Below, piece after piece: positions 36,458-50,770 of a DNA stretch of 64,000 nt. The position numbers were made by a program, and so were the translations under genes. Source of the stretch: Dimorphilus gyrociliatus (lineage: Eukaryota > Animalia > Annelida); NCBI GenBank assembly GCA_904063045.1, contig CAJFCJ010000003.1, positions 558,001 to 622,000 on the forward strand, read 5' to 3'. Numbering within the stretch: position 1 is the stretch's first letter; each line of letters starts with the position of its first letter. The notes under the pieces were generated by a model that was not told the DNA's origin, ran no database searches, and worked only from the letters and a program-made list of their open reading frames with translations.

Positions 36458-39400
36458 AAGGGTTTAAGTAAGAAAGGCAGGAAGGAAAAAAATTAGATTT
36501 TTTTTATAAAATACAATCATTTTATTAAAGAAAGTGTAAATTTACTTTATTACTAGGCACCATTTTTCTATTTTATTCTATCTTATTTATTTATTTTCTC
36601 CTTAGGAAAAAAAACCCCTCCCCGCCTTCCCCGTCGTCTCTTAATGACACAATAGAAGGAATAAACCTTTTCTCCTTCAAGATCTAGATTTCAGCCCAAT
36701 TTTTCGTATTCTGTACGGAAAGGAGAAGGGAAATAAAACACTATTTTGCTTGGTAAAAGCTTGTTAACAAAGCATTTGGTAGAGTATGTATTGAACTAAG
36801 ATATAAAATAACTTCTGATTGGGTTTCGATAAATAGTTGGACAGCTAGCTTTCCTGGCAATTAAAGTAGTAGTAAGTCTTTTCAAAAGGGCTTTTACGGT
36901 TGTAAAATTTTGGGTTTATTGGATTCCCACTAGTCTTTAGAGGACTGAAGAAAGTATGTTCAAAAAGAAAAGGGGCGAGTAAAGCTGTTTGAATAGAAGT
37001 TAATAGGATAACAAATATTGGAAAATGCTATAATGATAGAGAGACAAGTAGAGAAAGAGAGAGAGATGGATGGAAAGAGAAAGAGAACGGGAGAATAAAG
37101 GAGAGATAATAAAATAAACAGAGATGGACTATTGAGATTTAGCGCTAGTAAGTGAAACTGATATAGTTTACTCATTATCCTTGTTATATAAGAAAACAGA
37201 GCCATCTAGGGACCAGTACCTCATACGTCATTATCTCTTGAGCATTGGAGAAAATCCTTATTTCGTTCCTTTTTCTTCAAACATTGAATTTGAGTAAAGA
37301 CTTTCCGCCAGATCGACAGAAGTTTATAGATAAAACAAAAGAGAAAATTACAAAAAAGAACCAAAATAATAAAAGAAAGAGCAAAAAGGGAATTTAAAGA
37401 TATAGGAATTTTAGGTGCGGATTAGTTATAATATGTATCTATATAAATAAGTCAAAGTATAATTCCGACGGTGCGCACGACGCGTGAAATGTTAGCATAA
37501 TGAAAGTCGAACGATAATTATCATCAAGCGTATAACGTCCATAATTGTGTATGCATGTGAAAGTCTGGCAATTTCTCAAGGGCGCCTTAAGCACGAGCAT
37601 TCAACCGTCTTGGGACGAATTCGTCTATCCACAACTCAAAAAATACGCTTTTTCCCTTCATCTCTCCTACCGCCCGCTTCCTTTTGAAGGCCAACTGAAA
37701 AGATGACAAACAAGTCGAATTTTTTCTTAATCTACAGTGTAATACGATAGAACTTATTCAATTAGTGGCTGGTAGAGGAAATAAATGCCTATATAAAGGC
37801 TTTTTTCTTTAAAAAATAAAAGGCAATCAACCACTCCATAAAGCACCAGTCAAAAATCGGTAAAAAAATTGCTGAAACCCTCTCCTTTAATGTTCTCGTA
37901 AATTTTAACAAGAAAGAGAGCTTGATCATTAATTTTATGCTAGTTTTTAAGTGTAGTTTAGATGGGTCACATGACCACTAGGTAGAAACATTTTAGTTTA
38001 AACTAAAGGGCAAACATCTTATCGCCATGGATAGTTCCCTTGAGATTGTTGATAATTACTTATTTTCGCTCTCCTAATTGGCTACTGTTTGGGATATGTA
38101 CTATCTATAAAATAAAGTAGTAAAGGATGGGGGACATAGATTCTCCTCTCTTTCTCTGCACGCTTTATCCTTCAATGTTACTTTTCCTTCTTCTCTACAG
38201 CCTATGAATTTGTTTTCAAATATAACAAGGCGTTTTTTCTCTCTATAGTTAGATAAAAAAAATCTACATCTGACAGGAAACGTTGCCTCGCTCAATTTAT
38301 AATACTCGTGCGTCTGATTTTTTAGTCGACTTGTTTGTCGGACTTGCGGGACAAGCTATTCTAATGATTCGTGTTTTTTTTTTTTGATGGATACCACATA
38401 CTTTTCATAAAAATCCCTTTGCCAAGTCGAAATAGGCTTTTTTCCCTGCTCATATCGTGAATCAGGGCATCTGGCCTCTTAAGGTACCGCTCAAGGGGAT
38501 TCGAGGTCCTAATTACTTTTGAATTTTTGATTGGAAGGGAAGCACTGACCGGATTAAGTTAGAGTACAGTAATTTGTTTGTAAATACCTTTTAATAATTA
38601 ACTTTAGAACGTGTAAAAAAATATCCAATTCCTATTATAGTATCAGATATAGGTAATATATGAGAAAAGTACCAACGAAAGACAAGAGAAATATGAACCA
38701 AAAGAAGAAGGCCGCGGAGGGAACATTAATATCGATTAGGAGAAATTCACGGTTATAGAAGGCAGAGTTGTAGATCACAGGAGAGATTTTTTCCTTTTTT
38801 TTCTTGCATAAATATAGTAATCAAAAAGTTCTATTTCTTATTCCGTTTATCGCTTCAAAAACTATGCATAGTAAACGCTTTAAAAAGAAAGTTAACTCGT
38901 CCTTTAACTTTTTCTTCTTTACATTTAATATATAATTTTGTTTTTTCCAATTAATTTCTATAATTCGAATCGTATTTTTAATGCAAAAGGGGAAGAGAAA
39001 GAGAACTTAAAAGGGGAAAGCGGGAGGGAGAAAGGAAAAATAAAACGCCATCTATGGGTATAGGTAAAAAATTGTATTGTTTACGAAAGGGTAAAGAGTT
39101 TCTAGTTCTACATACCAAAGTACTTTAATGGTATTGACAGACCTAAGAATTTTTTTCTTAGAAAAACTTGGTCAAGGTTTCACACCTATCTAATAGGAAG
39201 AGAGGAGAGGAAGTTGAGAAAGAAGAGGTAGGGTAGAGACAAGAAAAGGGTGACAAACTGCACCTAACCATAGATATTTTAATATGAAAAGAAAATTAAT
39301 TCTTCTTAATGACGTTTTCCAAGCATAAGATATTCATTAAAATATACTTAATTGAATCATATAATCGTAATTCTTACTGAGAAATGATTAAATGATGAAT

Positions 39401-40011
39401 AAGAATGAATATTTAATGATTCTTTTTATTAGATTGTTTATTCGAATAAAGGATAGGGATTAAGGTACAGCACTCCATAATCTCTTCTGATTAATAAATG
39501 TTAAATAATAATATTTAATGATTTGAAAATAAAACTAATGAATTCAAGTAAAAATGATCTATTAAAACTTTAATTGAGTTCAATTAAAACATAACAACTA
39601 CTCTGTTTGTGAATGAGAAACCTCTTCACAACCAAGTAGACCTACTAAATTCTTTCGTTATTCACCTATAAATAAAAAACGGGTACTAGCGATAGTTAAA
39701 TTGCTTTTTTTTTCTTTTTCTTTTTTTTTATCCCCTCCTCTGTTTTTGTCTTTAAGGAATATTAAATTCGATTATTTAACTGATAATTAATGAATTTTTT
39801 TCATAATCACTAACGTAATAATCTAATCAGTTTGCTATTGCAATTGTAAAAATTTACGCTTTTTATATTTTTTCCTCAATAAAACATCTTTTATGTTTTG
39901 TTTAAATAAATAGAAATTCATTCAATTATTCTCCAATTGAAATAAAGTAGGGAATAGAATTTTCTATTGGAAAATGAAAAAAAATAGATAGATAGATGAA
40001 TAGAGAAAGAA

Positions 40012-40015
<4 letters not shown>

Positions 40016-40044
<29 letters not shown>
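40016..40044. repeat. (AG)n microsatellite
   Basis: Direct inspection. Confidence 0.9.
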
Positions 40045-40047
<3 letters not shown>

Positions 40048-40504
40048 TGAATACTTAATATATGTTTATATATTTATATATTTAGAATCTAAAAATAGCT
40101 TAGCTATTATATAAGGCACTTGATAAAAAGTGTTATTTTATTTATGGGGAATGTGACAATTGTTTAATTGTTATTTGAATAGAATGTTTTTAACATTTAC
40201 GAATGTAATCAAAACTGGGATTTTTTTCCCTTATTTTGTCGTTTTCTCATACTTTCCTATTTGGAAAAAAAAAAGAGGAAGAGGAATTAGTCATGTAAAA
40301 TATGGCTTTAGGGGACAGACGATTGACGTCAAGACGCATGCGTAAAATACATAATATTTAATATAACTATGATCAGCGATAGTTGCATGATTCTCTAGTA
40401 TTGCATGCACAAAATAACGTGTTGTCTCCCCCAACTCGCCGTTACACGTGTATAATTTGAGAACCGGAACATGGACTCATACAGCATATTAGGATAATTG
40501 AATT

Positions 40505-40625
40505 GCTCACTCACTCACTCTCTGCCACTCTTACACATACTCTTTCGCTCTTTCTCTCTTTCTCTCTTTCTCTTTCTCACTCTTTCTCTCTTTCACTTCT
40601 CCATGTCTTTCTCTACCGCTCTTCT
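40505..40625. repeat. CT-rich low-complexity tract
   Basis: Imperfect CT/CTTT/CACT units. Confidence 0.8.
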
Positions 40626-43600
40626 CATCCTTATATAATATATTTTAAACCGCTTCATTGTCTAAGTTTTCCGCCTAAGTGCGTATAATTAGTTAGACAG
40701 GTAGCGTTTGGATGATAAGTATTAAACGATTTAGAACTTCTACCGGTAATTATTATCTGGGTTATAATCTGGTAAATTGCTGTATTTATGTTGTCAATTA
40801 GAGTACATTATGTATTTTTCGAATGACAATTATAAGGATTCAGCGGTATGGGAGGTCAGAGTGTTTTAAAGAATTTAAGGGCTACATGAGAGATTACAAA
40901 ATGGAAAAAAGGTAGAAAATTGGCTCTGATATGGGGTAAAAACAGTATAGAGTAGTTATAATTAGAATTTGACTGTATTTAACGTATACATTGGATAGGG
41001 CATTACCGAGAGAATTAGCTTAATTATGTCTTACTATTCATTTGCATAATTTAAAGATGAAAGAAAATGACCGCTCATGAATCCAATTGATCATTGGATT
41101 ATCAAATAGATCCGTCAGAAACAAGTAGTATGTTTACTTGAACTGTTAGTGTTGCCTTAACAACTGTCTATTCAATTAAATAGGATGTAAAATAGATTAG
41201 ACGATTAATTAAGAGTTTACCTTGATTGCGCAAAGTGGAGACACTTACCACAGCAAAAATACAATCTTTTGATCAATATCACCTGTTCTAATACAATTAT
41301 TTTGCTAAAGAAATAGAATTCATAGTTCATTTAGACTAATTGCACTTTTAAGGTATAGAAAGTATACTACGTCTATTATAATTGTACTATGTATATTAAA
41401 TAAGTTTTTATACGAACTTTTATTATAAATTGGCATGACTAAAAGAATGAGGGCTAAAGAAAGAGTGGAGTGAAAAATGATATCTACCTTCTCTTTAAGA
41501 ATGTAAGGAATTGAGAACGAAAGAAAAAAAATCGCCCTTAATCCTGATATGGATGATAAACCGTTGCACTAACGAAACTAAAGTGGGCAAATAGATAAGG
41601 AAAAGACTATAAAGAAAATTATTGTTTACTTTGATGTTTAATTCGGAAAATCGCGTAGAATCTTGTTTCTTTGATAGATAATAAGGGATTTTTTTTGTGC
41701 CTCCGGTCGCTTCGGTAAACAAATGGGGAGTGTCAATTCGATAATCTGATAATCTGATAAATCTAATAGGTTGTCAATTGATAAAAAACACCTATTAGGT
41801 AATCCTTGAAATTAGTTGGATAGATAGGTCGATAACGAAAGAGAAAGAGAGAGAGAGAGAGTTTTATTTAGAGAAAAAAATTGGAACAGGAAGAGAAAGA
41901 TAAAGAATAGGCAACAGCGACAAACGTGCACAAGCACAGAGGAAAGATGATAACGATAAACTAATAATGTTTGTCAGACTGCGCTAAAAAAGAGGACAAC
42001 AGCACTAATGATTGTGTCATATTCGCAATTCACTTGGGAACATTCTTTATTGCGAGGCTTCCATACATTCGTCTATAACCACAAAAAGAGGGGCCATATA
42101 TTCCTTAGAGTTTTATCGGATGCTAAAAAACATACTGTGAGGCGTCATTGATTAGCGAAGGGTGAAAAAAAGAGAGGGGGCTTTATAACGGGGGGACAAG
42201 TTGAAAGAGGATAATAAAAAGAGGATAGGATAAAATTCCTGCTATTCCAAACGGTCAAGTATGATAAGGATAAAGTTATTATTACGCTACAATTAACGAG
42301 CAAAGTAATTGGAGAAGATTGGCGATTCGCTAAATTAACCTCCCCTTCCAACTCGTTTAGAATTACCCCTAGAAAGTCGTTTTGTATATATTCCTCTAAT
42401 TAGTAGCGATGTGCTGAAAATTCAACATCTTCTTTTAATTCTTTTTTTTTTATAGGTTTTTTTTTCCCTTTTCTTTCTCTAATTTATTTTATTGACCTAA
42501 TTTTGGAATGAGATTATTCTTATCATATTTTTCTATTCTTTTTCTTCTACTTTCCACCCCCTCTTGCGAAAGGATTTAACTGAATAATTTATTACACTAT
42601 TTATATAATTCGCCGCATGTTCTATATGTCAATCTCGATGGAATTGTTACCGGCAGCAATCTACTGCAATTTAGAGCGATTGTGTGCGATCTTTTCTGAC
42701 GTACATTGCAAATTTTGTTGAGTACTCGTAAATGAAAACGAAAAAAAGGCGGTCAACTGGTCAGTAATGAGGTGGTCGTTGCAGGTGTTTTTTGTCGTCG
42801 TTTGATGTGTAGTTAGGTTACAAGTTGCCTTGAAAGTTCGTAATGTAAGATTTTGAAAAAGTAACAAAAATGAAAAGTCAATAATTTGCACTTTACTCAA
42901 AATACCACATATTCAAAAATAACAGAAAAGCGGTGATAGAAATGAAAACTATTAAGGCGTTTCTTTTTTTTTATGGGGCTTTCGCCGGGCGTTTCTCCCA
43001 CTAGTTTTAATTTTCGCTTTTTGATTATTTAAGTGTAGATTAATTTATATAGAAACGAAAAGCGAAAACGTAAAATTAAGGCGGATAAAAGTCGATATTT
43101 CGCATTTCTACCCAAAGCTTTTAATTGGCTGTCGATGGCCGACAAACTCTTAAGTATAGGCTTAAAAAGCGTTTAAAATTTTTTTATACTTTTATTGAAA
43201 AGTTTTGACAGAAATCGGATAAAAAGAATTTGTACCTTACTGACACCGTACGCAAGCTATTTGTTTGCCAGCTGTATTTAATTCCTCACTCTAATAAACA
43301 AGGATAAAGATTATTTATTAGCGTACATAACAAACTAGTTGTAAATATTCTCTTCTAATATAGAAATCCAATACTTATTAACTTTTTTTAGAAAAGAAAT
43401 AGGTTAATTGAACTCAACTGTTCTATCTACGGAGAGAGCGAGACACGCATGAAGACAAAGACTTGGAAAGCATGATTGTTTAGTATGAAATAGCTTTGGC
43501 GTATTACCGTATATAGCTTTTGCACGATCATTCTACCGCACACGGCGACTAGTTGTAGGAATTACTTTAAAGACCAAACCAGGTCTTTTGGTTTGAAGTC

Positions 43601-46600
43601 TGTCTTTTTTTATGCTTGAATTTATGTTATTCGATTAACGACTTCCCTGAAATATAGTTGTTTCTAATAGAAATCTTCGTATAATGTTAGCGAGAAGGAA
43701 ATCCTCTAGGGGAACATTTGGAGCGTCTATACGGGTTTTTACTTGATATTACGCGTCTATTCTCAGTGGCTATAGGACTACAAAAAATTTTCCGTCTCTC
43801 TTTAGGCCTATTACACCCTCTAACATCAGCGTTTTAGCCTGAGACGTTTAAATAAAAAACGTTAGACTGTAAAGTAATTTCCTCTAATTTTTAATAGTTT
43901 TTTCTCTTCGCTTCTCTGCCTCTCTGCCTCCCTCTCTCTCTCTCTCCCTCTCTGTGTGTTTTTCAATACAGTAAAGCTGAAGGTAATTAGTGAAAAAGTA
44001 ATTAAAAAAGTATTAATTTCAATTATGGTACATTCTTAAAACTAGTTTTTTTGCCCTTATTTAATCCTTTTTTAAAAAGGGAAAGAAAGTAGGATTTAAT
44101 GAAAGAAAACAGGGTTTATAATATACTATGACTAACTGAATGGAAGGAAAATAGTAACAGAGTTATATGTTTTACGTTAAGTTAGCCAATTAACTGTTGA
44201 TAGACAACAAAACTCTTTCCCTTCTCCCTTTCGTTCCTTTCCTTTTTTCCTAAATAAATCTTAAAGAAACCGTATAATAGACAAACATAAGAAATTTAAG
44301 CATATATATTTATAGAGCTTACAGATAAATAAGAATAGGTAATTTATATGAAAAAAATCTCAGGTCAGAGGTCGTTCGACAGTGAGAATGGTGTACGATT
44401 AATAGTGGGAAAAAAAACAATGGCGTATTGTATTCTCTCGTATTAAACGTGTATTACTTACATTTGGAGAATTGTAGGATTATTGACGTAACTTATATAC
44501 ATTAGAAGGATGATGATATACGAATGAGATAAGAAGTAAAGATGAAAAATAAGAGTTGGTGGAAGAGGAGAGAAAGAGAAAGATGATGAATGATATAAAC
44601 AGTACGAAAATTAGAAAACTGTCAAATTAACTTAATTAACAGAAATTGAAGTAAAAAACTTCAGGAACACAAAATGTCAATCTGTATGTAGATTTAGAAG
44701 AATTTATTTTAAATTAATTGAGGAAAAGACGCTTGAAATGTACAAGAAAGTATAAAAGAAAACTAAACACCTTTAAAGCAAAATCTTTTCTTGTTAGTTA
44801 GGTGTTTGCACACTTGCCGGGGGTTCCGTTTCCTTTTAACTCGACTAAGCGGAAAAAATTAAGGACGTTGAGGATGAAACGAATTTTAAAACGACAATTA
44901 ACGTTTTAAAAATAACTAGTATGTGACTACAAACAACAAAATTTAGTGTATTTTTATAAAATTAATAAACATTGACAACTACCGCCCCCACTTACACCTA
45001 CTTACTAGGGCTATATTGGGCCGAAAATGTGGGAACCATTTTAAAAGTATTAAAACGACAATATATCACCCTTAAAGTTGACAAACTGATAAAATTCTCT
45101 TTTTGGGGAGCAGAGAGCGAGCCATGTGTAGCATACTTACTAAGAAAGTAAGGGGTTAAAAGGCGTAAAACGATATACAGCTTATCTGAAAGTTAAGTAA
45201 AGATTTATAATCGAAGGAGTTTATAGTTTGTTTACAGTTTGTCAATGATCAGGTTAGGTAATAAAAAAAACTGTACGCACATGGTTTTTTTGGTAATCTA
45301 TACTGTATATATACATAAAAAAAAACACATATAAACGAAATCTTTCGAGCTATGACGAGACGCAGACGGATTGTTTGTAAATTAGGACTTCACCTGCGGA
45401 ATATCTCTGACAAACGTAACCGATAAGACTCGAAAGGACTCTTTGCCTCTCTTTTCCATTTTTGCTCTCTCCCTCTTTCTTTCTCCTTCGAAAATATCAA
45501 TGTTGTCTAATGGGAAATTTTACAGTTTTTTTTTGTCCCTACCCATGTTTTACTGATATATAGAGACATATTTATCTAGCAGATGATATTTTACATTTTG
45601 TTTCCCCCTTATAAATATGCACGAATAATCGTTAGATTCATGTTTATATCACAAAGATATTTGGAATCTTTTGTTTATAGAAACTGGTTAAATTTAAAAT
45701 ACATATATAAACAAAGATGTATATTGAGTAGGGCAATAGAAAGCCCAGATGTTAAATAAGTTAATTAGGCATTCGCTTTGGTTTGTTTTTGCCAAGAATA
45801 ACCTCTTTGAAATGCCTGGTTGAATATTAAAAAATTGTAGTTTCTTTCATCTGTCAATGACTTAAAAGAGTAATAAATATGAGAAAGAAAGTTGGTTCCT
45901 TAATTAGAATACATTCGAAACTACATTGAATAGCACATATATCATATATTGTAGATGTTTCCCTTAATCTTGAAAAGCTCTTTGTAGAGGGGTTATTGGT
46001 CGAGTCAAGTTGCCCTCACCTAAAGGAGTTTTATCAAATATTATCGAATGTATTCTTTTGATATATTCCCTTAAAAAAGATAGTCGAAAAGGTTGAATAT
46101 TTCGGCACGGTTAACGCATAGTTTTTTTTTTTACCTCTGTCTCTCAGCCCTTCTTGCTTCTTTTTCTTTCGATGTTCTTATTTGCAGTTCGACAGGATAA
46201 TAATAGCAAATAAGTAGAATAGAATTATAAATAGAATATGATTCCTCGGCTCATCTTATGGCTTTTTTTTCTGGTATCTATAATAAAAAAATTTTTGTGA
46301 AGAATGATCTACAAAAGATAATACAAAGATTAAAAGAGAATTATCAAAGACTTTAGCGATGTATTCGTCGGAACTTGAAAGATTTTGGTTCTTCAGAGGG
46401 TACTTTTTCCAACTCAGGTCATATGATAAATGATTAGCTTCCTTTTTGTTTACAGTCCATCGCCGTACTGAAGTGTTTAGGAAATGAGAGCATCTGTATG
46501 CAATGTATGCTTTTTCTCATTCATTCGATGAGTACAACCTAATCGAGAATAGAAAGAGAAAGAGAGAGTAAGAGTTGGGGCGATAGCGGGGGAAGAAAAG

Positions 46601-49600
46601 TAGAGAATAAGAGAGCAATATTCTTATTCTCAACTTAACATAATAGAACTTAGTCAAAGAGAAAGAGAGGAGAGAGGAAAACAGTATTGGAGGTATAGAA
46701 GAAAGAGAGAAAATCATAAATTGATGATTTAACGTTAGAGAAATTAACGGGTATCTATTGCTTTGTTTCTTGTAGCCTTATTATTTTTATCTGTCTACAA
46801 AATTAGTACATTATTTTGAAAGAGTACACTATACGGTTAATTGCATTACACCTTGCGAAGAATATACGTTGAAGAGTCTTCAAAAATTCACTAATGAAGA
46901 TTAACAGATTTAACATTTATTAACAACAATTACAAGTGACGCCTTATTCGAAATAATATGAGATAATAGTATTTATTCAATTAATTTTAATTTTCAATAT
47001 AAGCATATATTTTAATAATTTGTTAGATTAGTATCAAAACATAAAAGATGTAAGAAGAAAAATACTGTTATTTCTTTTATTTGATATTATTTATATTAAT
47101 ACTTTATTAAAGGGCGTTACCCTAATTAATTCGGTACCTTTAAATATTATTATCGCTCTTAGTTGTTTGTTTAGAACTATTTTAACATGTTTTACAGTTT
47201 ATACTTGAATATATCATATATATTTTGATATATAGTATATACTGTTTAACTCTTTGTTTTATTTATTATTACAATTATTAATTATTTTCATCTATTAAAC
47301 CTATCATATTTCTTTAATTATTTATTAACCTTTAATGATTTTCGAATTGAAAAAGCGGAATTTTACAGTATAAACGACTAGAATCGACCCGAATAGTCAA
47401 TTGGAAAAGTTAATTACCTGTAATAGAACTATATCATTAGCTTGTTAGCCTGCCTTTAATTAGGAATAAAATGGATAAATAGCGATTCTTTTTAATAAAC
47501 ATATCCTAAGGAAAAATATTTTCTATCAAAAGCGAAAGAGAAGTGTGCAATTCTATTAATTTATTCAAGTTTGATATTTAAAGTTCAAAAGAAATGTTTG
47601 ATAGGCCTACGCAAAATATATTTGCATTTTGCTAACGAATGCGGTTGTAATCTTCCTTTGTGGTTATATAAATTTTAAAAGGATTCGATATGGTACACAA
47701 TAGAATTGTTAGGGAATATACAAATGGGCGTGTGGAAACTATTAGAATCCTTCTTGTTTACATTTAAGTTTTGGCGCGAAAATAAAAGTAACGGAATATA
47801 TGTAAGAGTAGATATTGAAAAGGAAGGAGAGGGGGAAAAAACAGGCAAAGCGGTTACAAATTTCAAACATGGTATCTATTTTTGCCAAACTAAGTTACAA
47901 ACTGGCCGGACGAGCCGGAGGCTATTGTTTACAAATAAAAAAGTTAGCGTGATGCGGCTGTTGGCTGTAGATTACTCGGTTCGAAATCGATAACGAGAAG
48001 GAGTCACGGAACAATGGCGAACTTTGCTTCTTTACTTGGAATGTCTCCTCCCTCCCATAAGACTTTTACGACCTTAAACGACTGAATAAGTGGATTTGAG
48101 AGGAGAAAATTGGGATGGACAAGAACCATTCAATTCTTTATTGATTTCCTTCTCTCTTTCTCTTTTTTAGTATGTTAAAAGAACTGCTCACTTTTTCCTT
48201 CTATATCTAATTCGAAAGAGTGTAAATAATGGAGAAGAATAGATAGCTTACGTTCGTCTCGATGGAAATCAGACTCTTAGGCCTAGGGAATGTATTACGT
48301 AAGCGAGATGAAAGACAATTTGCGTGTGCGTGTAGACTGGAGAAAATTGATTAGCTAACTCTCAGCGACTATGGATTATCAAACGGTTTTGCGTGTGAGG
48401 CATATAAGCCTTAATGCTTTATTTTCTCTTTTTTTCCAAATTCTTCTCTTTTTTCCCTTTTCCCTTAATGTTTCACTGATTATATTTCGAACTTTTTTCT
48501 TTCTCTCTTATCTCTCAGTTAAGGTTCGTCATCGTCACTCTCTTTACAATTTACATTTATTTATTTCCTTTACTCTTTTCTTTATTTCATCTAAAAATGT
48601 TACAATCTCTTCTTCATTCATTCTCCTTTACATAAGAAACCTTCTTTTTAATAAGAATGTCAAGCTTTAAGGCGACAGAAGAATTATCGTTGATCATTGT
48701 AAACAAGAAGAGAAATTGACGATCTTTGAAGTTGTCCCTACGTATTTATAGTATCTTTTCACATTTTTAGGTCAAGCTAACGAAATTATGCGTTCCCTAG
48801 CAACTAGTCAAAAGTTGGTGAAAGAATGCAAAGACGTCCTTTATTAACCTCTCCAAGTTCCTCATAGGAAACAGTTCAGCTTATGAAAACTAATTTGGAA
48901 TAGGAACCATACCACATGTATAATAAATGTATAATAGAACCTTATAGGATAAATGTCGCGGGAAATTAATATTCCATTCAATTTCCATAAGTATATGAAG
49001 CGTTTTTCTTTGTTTATTAAAACAATTAGATAATCGTATTTGGCCTTTTTTCACTCTTTCCAAACGATTGCTTGACTTTTGTCTATCTTTTCAAGAGTGC
49101 ATTATACATACAGACATTGCAGTGAGCCCGTATCGCAAAATATCAACATGTATATACTATATATATATCATATATATACAATTTATAGCACATAAGAAAT
49201 GTGCATACAATGATCAACACATATATAATACGTTCAGTGTATATCTATGCCTTTTTAATCCTATACACCAATAGATCAAGGTAAGAATATACGTGGGAAA
49301 ATTATATAGATTACCGAATGCTTCTGTATGCAATATAAATACATTATTTCAGTTTTTATAACGTGTCGTCATTATTTGTTTTCTATTATGTCCAAATATT
49401 TTGATTGTCTAAGTGAATCAAGTTGATAAATTCGTTAACAGATTCATTAAAAGTACTATTTATTATTATTATTGTATCATCTCTCACCTACAATTTGGTC
49501 CTTGACATTCCAATACTTTATTTCTTCGAAATCGTCTCACATAATGATTAAAGGAAGCTTATTGTGTAACGTTCCTTATAATAGCGAATTATTTCGTAAA

Positions 49601-50577
49601 CTGAATGGTTTTTTCTATTTTGCTCCTACTTTTCTTCGTCTTTTTCATTTTTATCTCTATCTTTACCTTTTACATAGATTTGACATTTTTTAGTCTCTTA
49701 AATGGCCATTTCATTGAAAGAGAGAAAGATATATGATCACCTTTCGAAGGCCATTGATATTTTTCATTTTCAAAGTGAGAACAGCACATGTACGATGATT
49801 GAAATCCTTTAGTAGCGTTAACAATAAGCTTAAATGTCATAATAAGAGTGTACATGACCATTTATATTTCTCTCTTTTATTCATTTTCTTTAATTTATGT
49901 CTAATTATTATTGTCTTAACATTTAGTATTGAAGTACTTTTCTATTTAAATATCCTATTTACATTCCATGTAAAATATATAAAGACCTAATTATAATACA
50001 TCTACGACGTTTATATAAATATGTATAAATGTATTTATGTATGTATGCATCTATGTATATTTATGGAATGTTTAGGCCTATGAAGATATTCTCTTAATAG
50101 ATCACATCTTATACCTGCTGCATAGCCCTAATTAATTGCAAATGAATTTTTCTTATAGATTGCAGTGATCAAACACTTCGGAAAGATAATGAAGAGAACT
50201 CCATAAACTCTGTAGATCCACTGGATTGTATGTTTAATTATCATCAAAGGATTATATGGAATTCCGCACTATAAAAGCCAATTTATTCACTTTCGACAGT
50301 GCGACGGTTCATCAAAGGTCTCTATTAATTCTTTTTAATTTTTTCCCCCAAACTTTTTCCGGTGAATAATGCAAAACAAACTAAAAACCGATTTTATTTC
50401 TAATTAGTTTTTTAATATAGAGTTTTTTATTTTAATGCTTAATTAAAAGTCCTAAATCATTTAATGTATTAAAATAGGCTAGGGAGAGAGAAATGAGAGG
50501 TAAATAGATAGAAATATGAACAATAAATCGTATAGGAGGGTATATTATACGTATGAATGTAGGTGCGTGCAAACGCT

Positions 50578-50770
50578 GAGGTGTATGTATGTGTGTATGT
50601 ATGTATGCATGTATGTATGTATATGTGTGTATGTGTGAGAGAGAGAGAGAGAGAGAAAGAGAACGAGAGAGAAAAACAGAGAGACAGACAGAAAGACAGA
50701 GAGGAAATAGATAGACAAATAGCTGAAGATATAGGGAAAGAAGGCGAAAGAGATTGAATGAATGAATGTA
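50578..50770. repeat. Compound (GTAT)n/(GT)n/(AG)n/(GAAT)n tract
   Basis: Direct inspection; it generates spurious ORFs on both strands. Confidence 0.85.

Noticed and set aside
41763-41798. 9-bp stem-loop CTAATAGGT..ACCTATTAG, and similar small hairpins near 43570, 52005 and 60970
   Set aside because: Too short for a pre-miRNA; expected at this frequency by chance.
47945-48000. tRNA-like fragment (CTGTAGA loop, GGTTCGAAA T-arm)
   Set aside because: Spacing too short, and the acceptor and anticodon stems do not pair.
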